The notes: generated by a model from the letters alone, not told the origin. 64,000 bases of DNA from Octopus bimaculoides (GCF_001194135.2 NC_069001.1:30319093-30383092), one strand, 5' to 3'; counted from the first letter of the stretch, positions 11,040 to 24,310 are shown. Numbers and translations are program-made.

Positions 11040-11570
11040 ATTATTATTATAATTAGTAATAGTAGTGGTTCTTCCTTTGTAGTAGCAGAACTTCCTTTGT
11101 TTTCCCTTTCTATTTTCTGTCTCTTATCCTTCGTTCCTAACTGTCACTAGCAAGGTCTCCTTACTTTGGGATAGTTAACTCATTATGCTTTCGAGTTAGA
11201 TACGCAGGCAGTCTTCCACACGTACCAGTCCTCTTCCTCCATTTTCTCTCTTCGTTTATAGGCGATAAGTGTCTGCATGTGGATGATGGGACTCCATGAA
11301 TTGTTAGGAGCTCTCCTGTCCATCTTCTTTAGTTCATCTTCTGTCCACTGCAGGATTCCAGCGCCATAACGAACTACTGCGACCTCATGCGAGTCACCGC
11401 CGAAAATATGTTTCTGGCATTCAGCTTTGAAGCCAAAGTTTTTCTCACTCGCCTCACGTACTCTTTTTTTGTCTTTTCCTTCATGTCGTGGTGTTTGATC
11501 CCATCTGCCTCAAGTATTCCCAGTTTTTTATAGATAGACTGAGGTTGAATTGCTTTCATCATTTCACCAC
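11040..11570 (-). mobile_element. R4/Dong-clade non-LTR retrotransposon, post-RT fragment (pseudogenic)
   Basis: YKKLGILEADGIKHHDMKEKTKKEYVRRVRKTLASKLNARNIFSAV, then after frameshifts AVVRYGAGILQWTEDELKKMDRR and TKRENGGRGLVRVEDC; ends at TTATTATTATAA. Confidence 0.85.
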
Positions 11571-11861
11571 TACACACAACCTCACATATAGCCCCGTTAG
11601 ACACAGCCCACATCCTACGCAAGAACTTATCAATCAATGGAATAGCACAACTCAAATAGGACATTTCACAAACAAACGGCACACGCCATAGTTTCCAGTG
11701 AAATGCAAAACACTCATTGCCGGTTGGATATCCATCTGAGGAACGCAAGTTGCACAGCACTCACAACATGCATATTTGCCACTCTACATTTCCTTAGAAT
11801 CGATAAATCTATTTTGAAATCCAGTTCATTGCGCAAGCTTTTCCTTTTTACTTGTCAGGAA

Positions 11862-12072
11862 TGCTAAGCTGGCGGAATCGTTAGCACGCTGGGCGAAATG
11901 CTTAGCGATATTTTGCCTGTCTTTACGTTCTGGGTTCAGATTCCGCCGAGGTCGACTTTGCCTTTCATCCTTTCGGCGTCGATAAATTAAGCGCCTGTTA
12001 CGTAATGGGGTCGATCAAATTGACTATTGCTCCTCCCCCAAAATTTCGGGCCTTGTGCCTAGAGTAGAAATA
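11862..12072 (+). mobile_element. SINE family B, full length, tail type 2
   Basis: Head, core and CCCCAAAATTTCGGGCCTTGTGCCTAGAGTAGAAA tail are all present. Confidence 0.9.
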
Positions 12073-12323
12073 AATATACCTTATGAAGTATTTCCTTTTT
12101 GAAATATGAATGCTTCAATATCCCATTGTTGTTTTGGTCTAACAGTTCATTTAGAAACATTTTGAAGATCTTGTCTGTTACATGTTTGTGTCGTTTATCT
12201 CAAGTTTTCTTTCCATATCTGTTTATAGTACAGAGTAAGAACTTATCGAAACATCGCTTGTATTCTTTCTGTTTTAAGATATCTCGCAGTCTGCTTAAAT
12301 ATGATCAATATTTTCTCCTCGCA

Positions 12324-12378
<55 letters not shown>

Positions 12379-12850
12379 TAACACGTAATATTAAATTCAG
12401 CATTAGTGCTCAGAGCTTAATATTCAAAAGCGTTAAAACACACACTCACTTTCTCACTTTCAATATCACGTCTGGAGTTAAGCGTATGGTAATGCATGAA
12501 ATTCAACATTTCGATGTGTTTGTGAAACTATCCACCTAACAGCATTTCTCCCAGCTCATACGTTCTGTTACAGGGTTCATTACTTGCATCGGTTTCAATT
12601 GAAAATCGAAACAGAATCTCAAGATAAAATATTTGGCGATGTGTTTCCTCTCAGACTTTATTTCCTTTATATTTTATTTCTTACATGTTTAAGTACAAAC
12701 TGCACTCATATTTTAATGAAATTATGCATTTCATAACTCGATTTTCATTTATTCCAATCTGTTTTTTTTTATACGCTGTCTCTCCATCGATTATTCTCTT
12801 CTTTGATAATTTTTCCTATAAAACATTATTACATCTATTAAGTGCTTTAC

Positions 12851-12918
12851 CAGGTGTCTTTGGGAAATTTCGAAACTGGATTCTCATTCCTAAGGTATTT
12901 TTCGATGACGTTGTTATA

Positions 12919-12965
<47 letters not shown>

Positions 12966-13043
12966 AGTCGCTGCCTGGAATCGAACTCGCAAACTTGAGG
13001 TTAGTAACCCACGCTCTTAATCACTACGCCATATGCCCACGGG
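12851..13043 (-). mobile_element. tRNA-like Pol III head + (AAT)n + truncated hammerhead-family tail
   Basis: Minus strand: box A TGGCGTAGTGA, box B GAGTTCGATTCC (12977-12988), (AAT)n 12917-12963, then ATCGAAAAATACCTTAGG...AAAGACACCTG, truncated inside the hammerhead core. Confidence 0.75.
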
Positions 13044-13200
13044 AATAATAATAATAATAATATCGAAAAATACCTCAGGAATGAGAAACCAGATCCCAAA
13101 TTTCCAAAAGACACCCGATGAAGGCTGGAGGGTGTATCAGCTGAAACGTTGTGTTAACAACAACACAAGATGAGGACAAATGTAAATAATGTACATAATT
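13044..13200 (+). mobile_element. (AAT)n + hammerhead-family tail, inverted relative to 12851-12906
   Basis: 13062-13117 is 49/56 identical to the reverse complement of 12851-12906. Contains GACAC CCGATGA A GGCTGG...TCAGCT GAAA CG T T GTGTT (13110-13155; U4 to C) and the same tail as 10499-10550. Confidence 0.7.
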
Positions 13201-14619
13201 TAAAGTATGTATAACATACAGAAACTAGCACTGCTAGGCACTGCACACATCCTACATAAAACACTTTCAATTCTGTAAAAGTAAGAGCATCACAACAAAA
13301 CACAGCACACATCCAACGCAGACAGAGCTGCGCTCAGTAGTGCAGTCAAAGCATGTGATAAAAATAAGACTACTGAATCAACAGACAAACTTCCACAATC
13401 CCAGACAAAATCAAAATCCTCACTGTCCTTATTTCGACTTTATAGCAAACTTCATACCTATACTGAAATTATATTCAAGCATCCATTACGAATAGATACA
13501 GTTTCTTCGTTTTTGTTTTGTTTTTTGTTTTTTTTTCCCCTTTTTATTACTGTCTTTAACTTTAGGTCGTCTCCTTCATACAATCATAAGTCGAAATCGA
13601 CGGCAGCAACCGTTGTATTTATTATCATTATCATTATTATTTTTATTACCACATGGAACTTGGGATTATGTGGTGTTATAAGTGTTTAGTTAATTCCTGA
13701 TAAACAACCTCTAGCTCTTGCTTTAATTACTTCGGGTATGTTGCGTCAATCAATAAAACAAGAGTTGTTACACCCTTGTGATTATCAATGAAGTCCTCGA
13801 GTAAGAGTTTGACGACAACAGAGAGCTGGTAATAAATAATTCAAATATGTAATCTATAAGAGCGTCTGAAAGGGGTTAACTACAGCCGTAATGTAATTTA
13901 TATGTTAAGAAAAGATGCAATCTCATTTAGAATATCGCATCCTTTTTTTTGTTTGTTTATTCTTTCTTGCGCTGTATCAGTGATCAAAGGATGACAGAGA
14001 TAAACACACAACGTTTCAGCTAATGAAAATAACAAGAACAACTATATAAAAAGTAAAGAAAATATGCAAAAACATACGAAAATGGTTCATTAACAAAAGC
14101 CTTTAGACGGAGCGGAAAAAAATACAAAGTTAATAACAAAAGAAAATAATGTAAGGATTAAACACACTTGAAAGCCTTATGGAATCATAACGTGTATCCT
14201 TGTTTTCGGTATTGTTGTTGCTGTTTTAGTTTTCTTTCTCTTTGATTTTTTGGTTTGTTTTTTTTGTTTGTTTGTTTTTTTTTTCTGTATGGAAATTTTG
14301 GAATGAGATGCGATTATCTATCATTGTGTAAATGCCTGATTCTAGTTAAAACGTTCGTTTGGTAATGAATGGAAGAAAATAAAGAAATTAGAAAAGAAGA
14401 AAGGAAAGGAAAAGAAAGAGACTAAAGACTGAATCGGATAGGAAAATGAAAGACAAGAAAAAAGCGGTAACGAAAACTGTGTGTATATGTATTTAAGAGA
14501 CTGGGTAAAAATATATATGTATTTGGAAAGCTTACATAGAAAGATCATTTGAGGGGTATTGAGAGAAGCGTGGTGATATCAAATAGGTAGATAGACCGAT
14601 CGACACACTAGCATACATA

Positions 14620-14763
14620 CATACATACATACATTCACATATATACGAGTATATGCGCTTATATCTATATATGTGCATATATCTATATCTATCTATCTAT
14701 TTATCTATCTTTATATTTATCTACCTGTGTATCCATGTCTATCTTTCTCTCTCCCTTTCTCTA

Positions 14764-14840
<77 letters not shown>

Positions 14841-15081
14841 ATGTGTGTATATGCATATATTTATATATACACATGTATGTATATATATATATATATAAAT
14901 GTATGTGTGTGTGTGTGTGTGCTTGTTATATATATATATATATATAGATATGTGTGTGTTTGGGCATATATATATGTTCAAATATGTATATAGGGATGTG
15001 TGTATATATGGATATGAAGTTAGTGAGGTGTACACATACACACCATTATATATAAAGAGAGAGAGAGAGAGAGAGAGTTAA

Positions 15082-15113
<32 letters not shown>

Positions 15114-15156
15114 GTAAGTAGTTAGATACAACTAGCTCACATACAGAACCACCTCC

Positions 15157-15188
<32 letters not shown>

Positions 15189-15270
15189 GTACACACATAC
15201 ATACGTACGTACTGGCAGAGAGAGCGAGGGAGGGAGATACAGACAGACTGACAGACATACACATAGATAA
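14620..15270. repeat. Compound microsatellite field (TACA, TATC, TC, TA, TG, AG, GATA)
   Basis: Directly visible. Confidence 0.95.
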
Positions 15271-16099
15271 ATTGGAATAAATTCAGAAAGACAAAGACTT
15301 GTCTAAGTAGAAAAATAATATATAGAACTGAAAGATGATAAAAGTTTAATGCTTAGAAAGATGTAATTCCCAAGAACTGGATTGATTTACTGAAATCTTG
15401 TTAGAGAAGAAAGTGGATCTTTCATGATAGAAGTTGTATTCACATGAGAATAATAATTATAATAAAGATAGATATCTATCTTTGGAAAAATTGTTCGCAA
15501 GAAGAGTAAAACACATGGGAATTTTTCTTCTAAAATTTGTGTTTATACCATATTTTATTTTTGTTTTGTACTTTCGTCTCTAATTTATTATTATTATTAT
15601 TATCATTTTTATTATCATCATCATCAATATCATCGTTGTTATTTCTTGTCTTTTGCATTTTTATTTCTCGTCTTTTGTGTCGCGTGTGTTCTTATTGATT
15701 GGAACTGTTTTGCAAAGAATCCCAAGGGATAGCAGAATGCTTCTTTCAATAAGATAACAGTTCCTCTCGTCGTTTCCACTGCAACAGATAATGTAGAAAG
15801 AAATCGCCGCAAAAGGTAGCGACGTGTGTGTTTAGAATATCGAATTTTCTGCTCACTCAAATATTAACAGAACTTTTTTTTTTTTTTTCGTTTTGTAACT
15901 CTTTGTTTCGTGTTCATCTTATCTTTCTTTCGTTTTTATCATTGTTTCTCTCAACATATTCCACATCCGGCTTCTTGTACCACTGCTGCTGCTGCTTCTA
16001 ATACAACAACAACAACTACTAGTAGTAGTAGTAGAAGTAACTGTTTCATTGTACCCGAGTCCATGACTTTATCAAGTTCATTCATTTTCACTTATATTA

Positions 16100-16156
16100 T
16101 TCGCCGCGTATATTATATATATATATATATATATATATTCATGTATATGTGTGTTA

Positions 16157-16234
<78 letters not shown>

Positions 16235-16254
16235 ATTCATATATATGTGTGTTC

Positions 16255-16299
<45 letters not shown>

Positions 16300-16320
16300 T
16301 ATACTCATATATATATTCAT
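16100..16320. repeat. (TA)n / (TG) microsatellite field
   Basis: Directly visible. Confidence 0.95.
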
Positions 16321-17039
16321 CGTGGTTGTCATCATCACAATCGTATATCCTTTTCCTTTTCTAACCTTGGTTCGTCGGTTAGTTTCCTGCAAGGACCCCT
16401 TTCTTTGAATTTTATTTATTCTCTTTCTTTTCTGTTCTCGATCACGTACCAAACTGTAATTGTCACATTCGTCTGAGAGTCGGAGAAAATAACTTACGGT
16501 ACTCAATCCGATATTTTAAACTTGTTTCGAAATCCGTGAGATCACCGTTGGCTTTTGTTGTTTGCCTACCACGATAAACTTAGCGTAGAAATCATACACT
16601 GGAATGAATTTCCACGACTATCACGTGTGCCAATTATAATATTGATTCTTCTTCTTCTTCTTCTTCTTATTATTATTATTATTATATGTTTGATTTTGCT
16701 CTGTATCTGTGCAAGTTGACTTCAAGTCTCACCCAGAGACATCACGATACGACTAGTTAGAATTTCAAGTTGATGGCATGGCTGGGGTGCCATAAATTTC
16801 GTCTGGATTTTGGTTCTATCATTATTATTATCATTATTATTATCCTCTTCTATCAATTTTGTTGCAAAGAGACTCTTTGTGTGTATTGGTAGGCCACCAA
16901 AATAAGCACACCAGATTGTTCATTTACGAAGTAACGTTAGAAAAAAAAAAAAGAAAACATAAAATAAACAGAGTAAAAGGAATGAAAATTCACAACGACA
17001 ATGCTCTTCTCAATACGTGGGATGTAGCTGTTGAAACAA

Positions 17040-17820
17040 CCCTTCGCTATTATTATCGTCATGTGCTCACAGCCCTCTATCATGGGATCGGTGGATTTCC
17101 ACGTTAGAAATTCATAGAGGATTAATGGCGGGGGAGGGCAATGACTTTCTCGGGGAGACTCCGGTCGTCGGCAGGAACGAACCGGGGGACTTGCCGGTCG
17201 GGAACTATCATTGATAATTTCCAGATGTCATTGGCCTGGCCGTACTACCGGGGGTGCTGCCGGTTCACGATGAACTCTACAGGCACAGATGTGCTGTCAG
17301 AGGGACTTGTCCGAAATACGCACAGAATGACGAAACCGTTTAGCACGCCCTGGTTCAGTGTTGGGGTATTGCTGACTTGTGGGACTATGTCTAACAGCTA
17401 CTGTCACATGTGAGATGGATCCGTCTGTCGGCCCAATCTCTAATGATGATCGTACCGCAGTCCTCCTGCAATCGGGTAGGCAAGGCAGTTTTCCTTTGCC
17501 TGGTGGCTGTAGCCGAAGAGGTTGTTAGGTGAACAAGGCTGAATGTCATGAGGACTGATACATTTCTCTTTGGTAGAGCTCTCATTGACATCTTCAAGTT
17601 TCACTTGAAAAGAAAATTCAGAGTGGAGAGGGAAGTGCTGTATTCGAGTGAGGTTTTTGAAAGGTGTGTGAGAATTGCGAAAATAGCAAGAGTGAATGGT
17701 ACCTCTCTGAGTGTAGACCTGTGAGTTGGGGAGTAGGAATTGGAGAGGGCACTTGCTATTGGGGTTTCAGCATATCTCCCACCAAAGTTTCAGGATTCGT
17801 ACGTATAGTAGAAAGTATTA
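17040..17820 (+). mobile_element. Tx1/L1-clade LINE, ORF2 C-terminal fragment plus probable 3' UTR (pseudogenic)
   Basis: GC-rich island translating with stops and shifts as STLEIHRGLMAGEGNDFLGET...DNFQMSLAWPYYRG / VLPVHDELYRH...CPKYAQNDETV*HALVQCWGIADLWDYV...FKFHLKRKFRVERE...LSVDL* (stop 17722-24); decayed zf-RVT-type CCHC knuckle. Confidence 0.85.
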
Positions 17821-17934
17821 TCATTGTTCTAGTTGTTGTTTTTGTTTGTTGTTGACGATGTTGCTGCTGTTGCTGTTGTTGCTGTTGTTAAAGTGTTGTG
17901 TTTACAGAATCTGTTGCACGTCAGACAAGATACT

Positions 17935-18080
17935 TGGCCGTGTTTCATCCGTCCTATCCTTCTGAGTTCGAATTTCGCAAAGGTCTATTTATTCTTCATC
18001 CTTTTGTGCTCTATAAAATGGTTAAGCCGAAAGACCGTTCTAATTATCTTGCTGTCCTTGTGCCAAAATTATAAAGGATT
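17935..18080 (+). mobile_element. SINE family B, degenerate fragment
   Basis: TTCTGAGTTCGAATTTCGCAAAGGTCTATTT...TTCATCCTTT matches box B and the core. Confidence 0.5.
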
Positions 18081-18155
18081 TCTCACAAATTTTCGTTTTG
18101 TTATTACTTTTGTTGCATGTGTTTTAAACTCAGATTTTGACGCTCCTCGGGTTTC

Positions 18156-18222
<67 letters not shown>

Positions 18223-19198
18223 CAAGGATTACTTTGATAAACCACGTTGTGCACAGTAAGTACAATGTATTTCGGTGCAAAAGTCTGTTTTGGTAAACGT
18301 CTGTCTTTCGGTTTCCTCGTGGAATAAATTAAACTTTGAACAAATTTTCGTTTCAACATTTTCACTTACTCATAATTTACAATGATGTCTTCAAAAGCGG
18401 CGGCGTGAGGACGTGATTACCACATGTTGGCAGTAACAAGAGAATCAAATACATCCCTCAGCCATTACAAATATTTGAATAAAATTTTAACACAAACTTC
18501 AAGATATAAACAGAAATCAGTAGCTGTGAACATCAAACAGAGGAACAGAAAGATTTTTGTTATAGAACACTGTAAGAATATTGATTTAAGGTTTCATACT
18601 GACGTAGTAAATATCAAACATATCAGGGAAAATTACTCTCACCTACGCAAAACCACATTTTGCCGAGCGTAAATATTAGTAGATAGTACTGATAATTTGA
18701 CTTCGTTGGCTGTCAACAAAACTTATTCTGTGTCTAGAGGTTGGAGTTAGAGAGTAACTAAACATACCTGCAATGTGGCAGAAACGAAGAAATCCTTTTC
18801 CTTATTTCGGATATTTGTCTCAAAGAGGGCTAAGACAAGAAGTACCATTATTATGTCTTCGTTATAACTCGTGAAATCTAGGGTTGTCTTCAAATATCTA
18901 TAAAAAAAAGCAGCTAAATAATGTCGCTGTTCCTGGCACCATAAACTCCATTTCCTGTAGCAGATTACATAGACATTCAATTATAAGACCATTTTTCAAT
19001 TATTCAATTATAAGCCCATAAGACAATTATTCACTTATAAGATATTCAATTATAAGACCCTGGGCCTATAATTAATGATTCATACTCATCGTCATTTTCA
19101 AAACGACCGTTCCCTTATATCTGCGTCTGTTTCTCTCTCCGTTCCTCTCCCCGCTCTCCTTCTATCCTTCTCTCTACCTCCCTCCCTATCTCTGTGTG

Positions 19199-19313
<115 letters not shown>

Positions 19314-20505
19314 TTTTCTCTGATGAGTGCAACTATTTCAGAGAGAACTATTACCAACCCTGTGTATGAAATTGGATTTGTATATATATCTTATAGCATA
19401 ACAATCAAGCACCAATTGTATATATCGATGCAGGCACGTAGTACACTGTTTAAACCGACCATTGAAAGCACTGCTCCATACATTGCAAGGATTTCGTCAG
19501 AAACATTAACTCGAATATTGATTCAGAGAAACTCGAATATTACTAACGCACACTGATATTATATTTGATAATGAAACACAAATGAACGAATTAAATGAAG
19601 AACGGGTTTAGAAATTATGATGAATTAATGTATTCGACCGTGTACAATACAAACTTACATAAATGAATGCAATCGTTAAGAATTAATGTTGTAGACATAA
19701 TGGCTTAATCAGGGCTAAATTGAAAATAGCTAACATATATCAAATTTATAATGTTGTACGACGTTAATAATATTGCTGTTTGAATACTAATGCAAGTTTA
19801 TAACTGGCTCAGATGGAAGCTAAGTAAATTAGGGAGACTAGATTGGCAAACAAGAATAATTATTACAGAATTTCCGATGCACCAGCACGCAAGTATCACA
19901 TTTAGCACCTTTAAAATAAGGTACAATCCGACTGCGTATAGGAAAGTATTATCAAAAAAATATCCAACTATACACGGATGCCTTCTAAGAACACCAGATA
20001 CTGTGTTATTAGCAGTGAGAGGTCCTCTCATATAGATTCTTGGTGCACAAAAATACACATGAGCGCTTCTGTGAGATCTCTCAAGGGTAATGACTCCGAA
20101 TTCGGTGTTCGAAAAAGGCGTTCACAACTTTTGGTATTGGTACTGCTTTCGTCACTAATAATCAAGTATTATGATTATATATATATATATATATATATGT
20201 GTGTATGTATATATACATATATGAGAGGAACAATCACCAAGACGGATTCCTAATATGCTAGAAGAAGACGCTAAATTGTCTTACTAAGAAGAATTTGTTC
20301 TCAAAAAATTTCAGCAAACGCTAAAATGTAAAACGAGCAACACAAATGAAAAGATACAAAATTTCGCAAAAGACTACATGCTCTTATGTGTATGTGATAT
20401 AAATTATTAACCTTTAGGTTTTTTAAGTATACTAGGCCACTGGTTTAAATTAATGTTAATTAATTAATATTAATTTCTACCCTCATTATTGAACTTATAT
20501 ATATA

Positions 20506-20824
20506 NNNNNNNNNNNNNNNNNNNNNNNNNNNNNNNNNNNNNNNNNNNNNNNNNNNNNNNNNNNNNNNNNNNNNNNNNNNNNNNNNNNNNNNNNNNNNNN
20601 NNNNNNNNNNNNNNNNNNNNNNNNNNNNNNNNNNNNNNNNNNNNNNNNNNNNNNNNNNNNNNNNNNNNNNNNNNNNNNNNNNNNNNNNNNNNNNNNNNNN
20701 NNNNNNNNNNNNNNNNNNNNNNNNNNNNNNNNNNNNNNNNNNNNNNNNNNNNNNNNNNNNNNNNNNNNNNNNNNNNNNNNNNNNNNNNNNNNNNNNNNNN
20801 NNNNNNNNNNNNNNNNNNNNNNNN
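20506..20824. other. Assembly gap (319 N) within (TA)n
   Basis: Run of N. Confidence 1.
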
Positions 20825-22044
20825 ATATATATATATATATATATATATTAAAAGATGCACATATACATATTCAAAAAATATATACGGAAAATAAATCAAG
20901 CAGCTACAAATTATCTACAATAAAATCAGTGTTCAATGTGTTTTCTTTCCTTCGGTGACAGAAACAAGTACGAATCAGACGCAGTTTTGTATAGAATAGA
21001 GAAACAACAAAATATTAAGAACGAAAAATTCAGTTGACAATCGAGAACAGGAATCGTCATGGTAAAGGCATTGACGTATTACGTGTAATGTTAGACATAT
21101 CCATTATCTTTCATGATATACAAACCAGTAAAGGAAATCGAAGTCAAATAATGATCATACTGGTGTACATGTGCATTGACTTATTGATATTTTCGCTTCA
21201 TAACTCATATATCGAATGTATCACAAATGTTTGCTTCGATTTCCAAAGTAACTATCGCATGTAAATATAGAAGATACCACGAGTAAGAATTCATTCCCCG
21301 AAAAAAAAAAGAAAATAAAAATTGATATGACAAACAATGCAAATGAAAAGAATATAATTTCGTGCAAGGTTAAAATGGGCAAGTTTATATAGCGATATGA
21401 AATCGGAGCGGCAAAAATCCTACGTAACGCCTGTAACAAATAAGCTGTTACTCAATGAAATAATAACAGTTTAAATATATGTTCTGACATCACTCCTGAA
21501 TTCATATCAATGAAAAGCAAAGGCATAACCACAGCAAGGATAACTTTCAATATACTAAACATGTATTAAAGCTAAAAGGAAGAAATGAGGCAACATCGAA
21601 AGGTGTAATTAAATTAGTGTCATGGTGGAAGCTTGGCAAAACATAACTTTCTTCCATCCTATTCCAGCTGCAATAACAATATGTACCCGTGACAATAGGA
21701 TCTAATCTGTCACTTTACTACCTTGCATTTTATCTATGGGAGAGGCATTTCTTATTTATAAACCATAGAGGCTCGTATGGATTCTAATACTACCGATAGT
21801 GCTACTATGAGAAGCAAAGTTTTAATACTAATTTCAAATTACAAACATTATTTTCACATATAATATGACATATTTACAACTATTCATGATAACATTTATG
21901 AAACTACCAAAGTCGTATTAACCTAATAGCTAATTCGTAATTAATATTCATATTAATTATATTAAATAATTAACATCGTCATTAAAATCCACACAAGTCA
22001 TCTTCGCTTTCCTTAATTTTGTAATCGGCATCATTTATATTCCA

Positions 22045-22217
22045 ATATAACGCGGAGAGTTGCCAGACACGTCGAACGAAATGCTTAGAGAAATTTCGTC
22101 CGTCTTTCCATTCTGATTTCAAATCCCGATGAAGATGCATTTGCCGATCATCCTTCGTGGTTGATAAACTAAGTACCTGTTTAAAAGTACTAAGTTCAAA
22201 TGCCACCGAGGTCGACT

Positions 22218-22252
<35 letters not shown>

Positions 22253-22609
22253 AGGCGGCGATCTAGCAGAAGCGCTAACACGTCGCTTAGCAGTATTTCC
22301 TGTCATTACGTTCTGAGTTCAAATTCCGTCGAGGCCGACTTAGCCTTTCATCCTTCGGGGGTTGATAAATTACGTACCAGTTACGTACTGGGGTCGATCT
22401 AATCGACTGGCCCCTCCTCCCTCAAAAAATTCGGGCCTTGTGTCTAGAGTAGAATAGAATATGTTCTGAATTCAAATTCCACCAAGATCGACTTTGTCTT
22501 TCATCCTTTCAGGGTCGATAAAATAAGTACCAGTGAAACAGGGGAGGTCTGTCTAATCGACTTATCCCCTCCCCAAAATAGCTGCCCTTGTTGCAAAATT
22601 TGAAACAAC

Positions 22610-22615
<6 letters not shown>
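22045..22615 (+). mobile_element. Cluster of tandem SINE family B copies separated by (TAG)n
   Basis: Decayed copy 22045-22218, (TAG)n 22219-22250, full copy 22251-22455 (tail 2), headless copy 22462-22610 (tail 3), then (TTA)n. Confidence 0.85.
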
Positions 22616-22647
<32 letters not shown>

Positions 22648-22959
22648 GTTGTTTTGTTAATAAAGTCACACCGCATCATCATCGTTTTCCCTCATTGGCT
22701 GATATTATCCAATTATTTTTTTCCTGTGGAAAAATGAATAATAAATAGCGAAAATAATATGAACATAACAATGAAAACAGAATATTTTTTTTACATATCT
22801 ATCTTATTTGTTATGTAATTTTGTTTCTCTTTCAGCGAGTTTAATTTGTACACAATGTAACGCAGATTCAACATAACATTGTTTACTATTTAAACAAACG
22901 GGTCTCTCTCTAGCCGATACAATTACGCAAAGACAAACATATATACACCAATGTACAAG

Positions 22960-22995
<36 letters not shown>

Positions 22996-23344
22996 ACATA
23001 CAGAAATAACTATACATGTGTGTATGTATGTGTGTGTGTGTGTCTGTGTGTGTGTATGTATGCATGTATATTAAAATGTTTAGATTTTCAATAACGTTCG
23101 TTTACTACGCTGTGTGTGTCATTGGCAGTTTCGTTCCATCATATATTAGTTGTATTTTTTATCCATTTTTTTCCATTAATGAGAACACAGTTGTTAGACA
23201 AATATAATAGAAAGCAAGGAAAATTTTGGAGCTGTGTAAACCAACATAAATGAAATTATATACATACATGTATGTGCTTCTGGCGTCGTACGTGCCGTGA
23301 GTTTCAATCCTTATACACATAGCCACGATTAGGCTCGTATATAT

Positions 23345-23373
23345 NNNNNNNNNNNNNNNNNNNNNNNNNNNNN
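23345..23373. other. Assembly gap (29 N) within (TA)n
   Basis: Run of N. Confidence 1.
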
Positions 23374-23429
<56 letters not shown>

Positions 23430-23871
23430 TATATGTATATGTGCAAATAAATATATATACGTATTTATATAACTATACCCTATCTATCTATCTATCTATC
23501 TATATATATATATATATATTATAATTAGTGTTTTAGAAGGCACGTAGAATACTGGTTATTTTCATAACTCATTTCTTTTCTGAACACGCACAACTTTTTT
23601 ATAAGCCCTAATTGTTTTACTATCTCTTTTACGACGATATTATAGTAAGATACATTTTTGACACTCCCCAAAGAATTTTCCACATCATAAATTTCATTAT
23701 AGTCGGGTGAGAATGTTACATATTAATCTGCTGGTAGAAGGTACACTTTCTAGCTAACCCATTTTACACACATATTTCTGTTTTAATCTGAATAGAATAT
23801 TTTGTTTTAATACTGACATATATCTCCTCGGAAAAAAATGAAAATTCTGCAGCAAACATTGGATCAACCAA

Positions 23872-23975
23872 AATAGGCGCAGGATCGTATGTGTGGTAAG
23901 ATACTGGCTTCCTAACCAAATATTTCAGGGTTTAGTTCCAATATGTGGTACCTTCGACCAGCGTCCTCGGATCAT
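23872..23975 (+). mobile_element. SINE family A head fragment
   Basis: TAGGCGCAGGATCGTATGTGTGGTAAGATACTGGCTTCCTAACC...GGGTTTAGTTCCAATATGTGGTACCTT resembles the family A head. Confidence 0.5.
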
Positions 23976-24004
23976 CAGATATTCGTGATCTTTCAAATAC
24001 AATG

Positions 24005-24310
24005 AGTAAAACCCGTGAGATCAAAAGCAGTCACACGTGAATGCGTGTCGTGAAGGGAAATAAGAGTTGGAAACTGATCCGGACCCTTCTTCGAAGGTCA
24101 TCACTGGTGACGAAAGCTGGTGTTATGGAATTTGCAGACGAAGAAGAGGTGAAGAAAAAACTGACGGAGGCATTAAAAGGCATCACTTTGCAAGATTTTT
24201 AGCACTGCTTCAAACAGTGGAAAATGCGTTTGGATCGATGCATCGTCATTAAAAAGCTGATAAATCATAAAATAAATTCATTCCAGTTCTTAAGATATCG
24301 AGACACTACG
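24005..24310 (+). mobile_element. Internally deleted mariner transposon remnant
   Basis: ELETDPDPSSKVITGDESWCYG (first catalytic D motif) is joined at about 24129 to the C-terminal FADEEEVKKKLTEALKGITLQDF*HCFKQWKMRLDRCI. Confidence 0.85.

Noticed and set aside
12964-13043. Bona fide tRNA gene (also the heads at 1040, 24580 and 61500)
   Set aside because: Boxes A and B are present, but acceptor and anticodon stems do not pair well and each head continues into a repeat body.
14653-16506. Many ORFs rich in YI, SL, CV, RE and TH dipeptides (also at 8090, 19075, 43679, 46675, 47792, 60150)
   Set aside because: They are translations of di- and tetranucleotide microsatellites, which lack stops in several frames.
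16690-16810. TAA-flanked block that may be another LINE 3' UTR
   Set aside because: No second copy or coding remnant in the window to support a family call.
17391-17640. Minus-strand exon-like frames (VKLEDVNESSTKEKCISPHD... after a TTTTCAAG acceptor)
   Set aside because: These are the antisense shadow of the plus-strand Tx1/L1 ORF2 remnant, which explains the GC-rich island better.
19798-20058. Minus-strand hydrophobic 86-aa ORF
   Set aside because: No recognisable homology; hydrophobic bias is expected from T-rich DNA.
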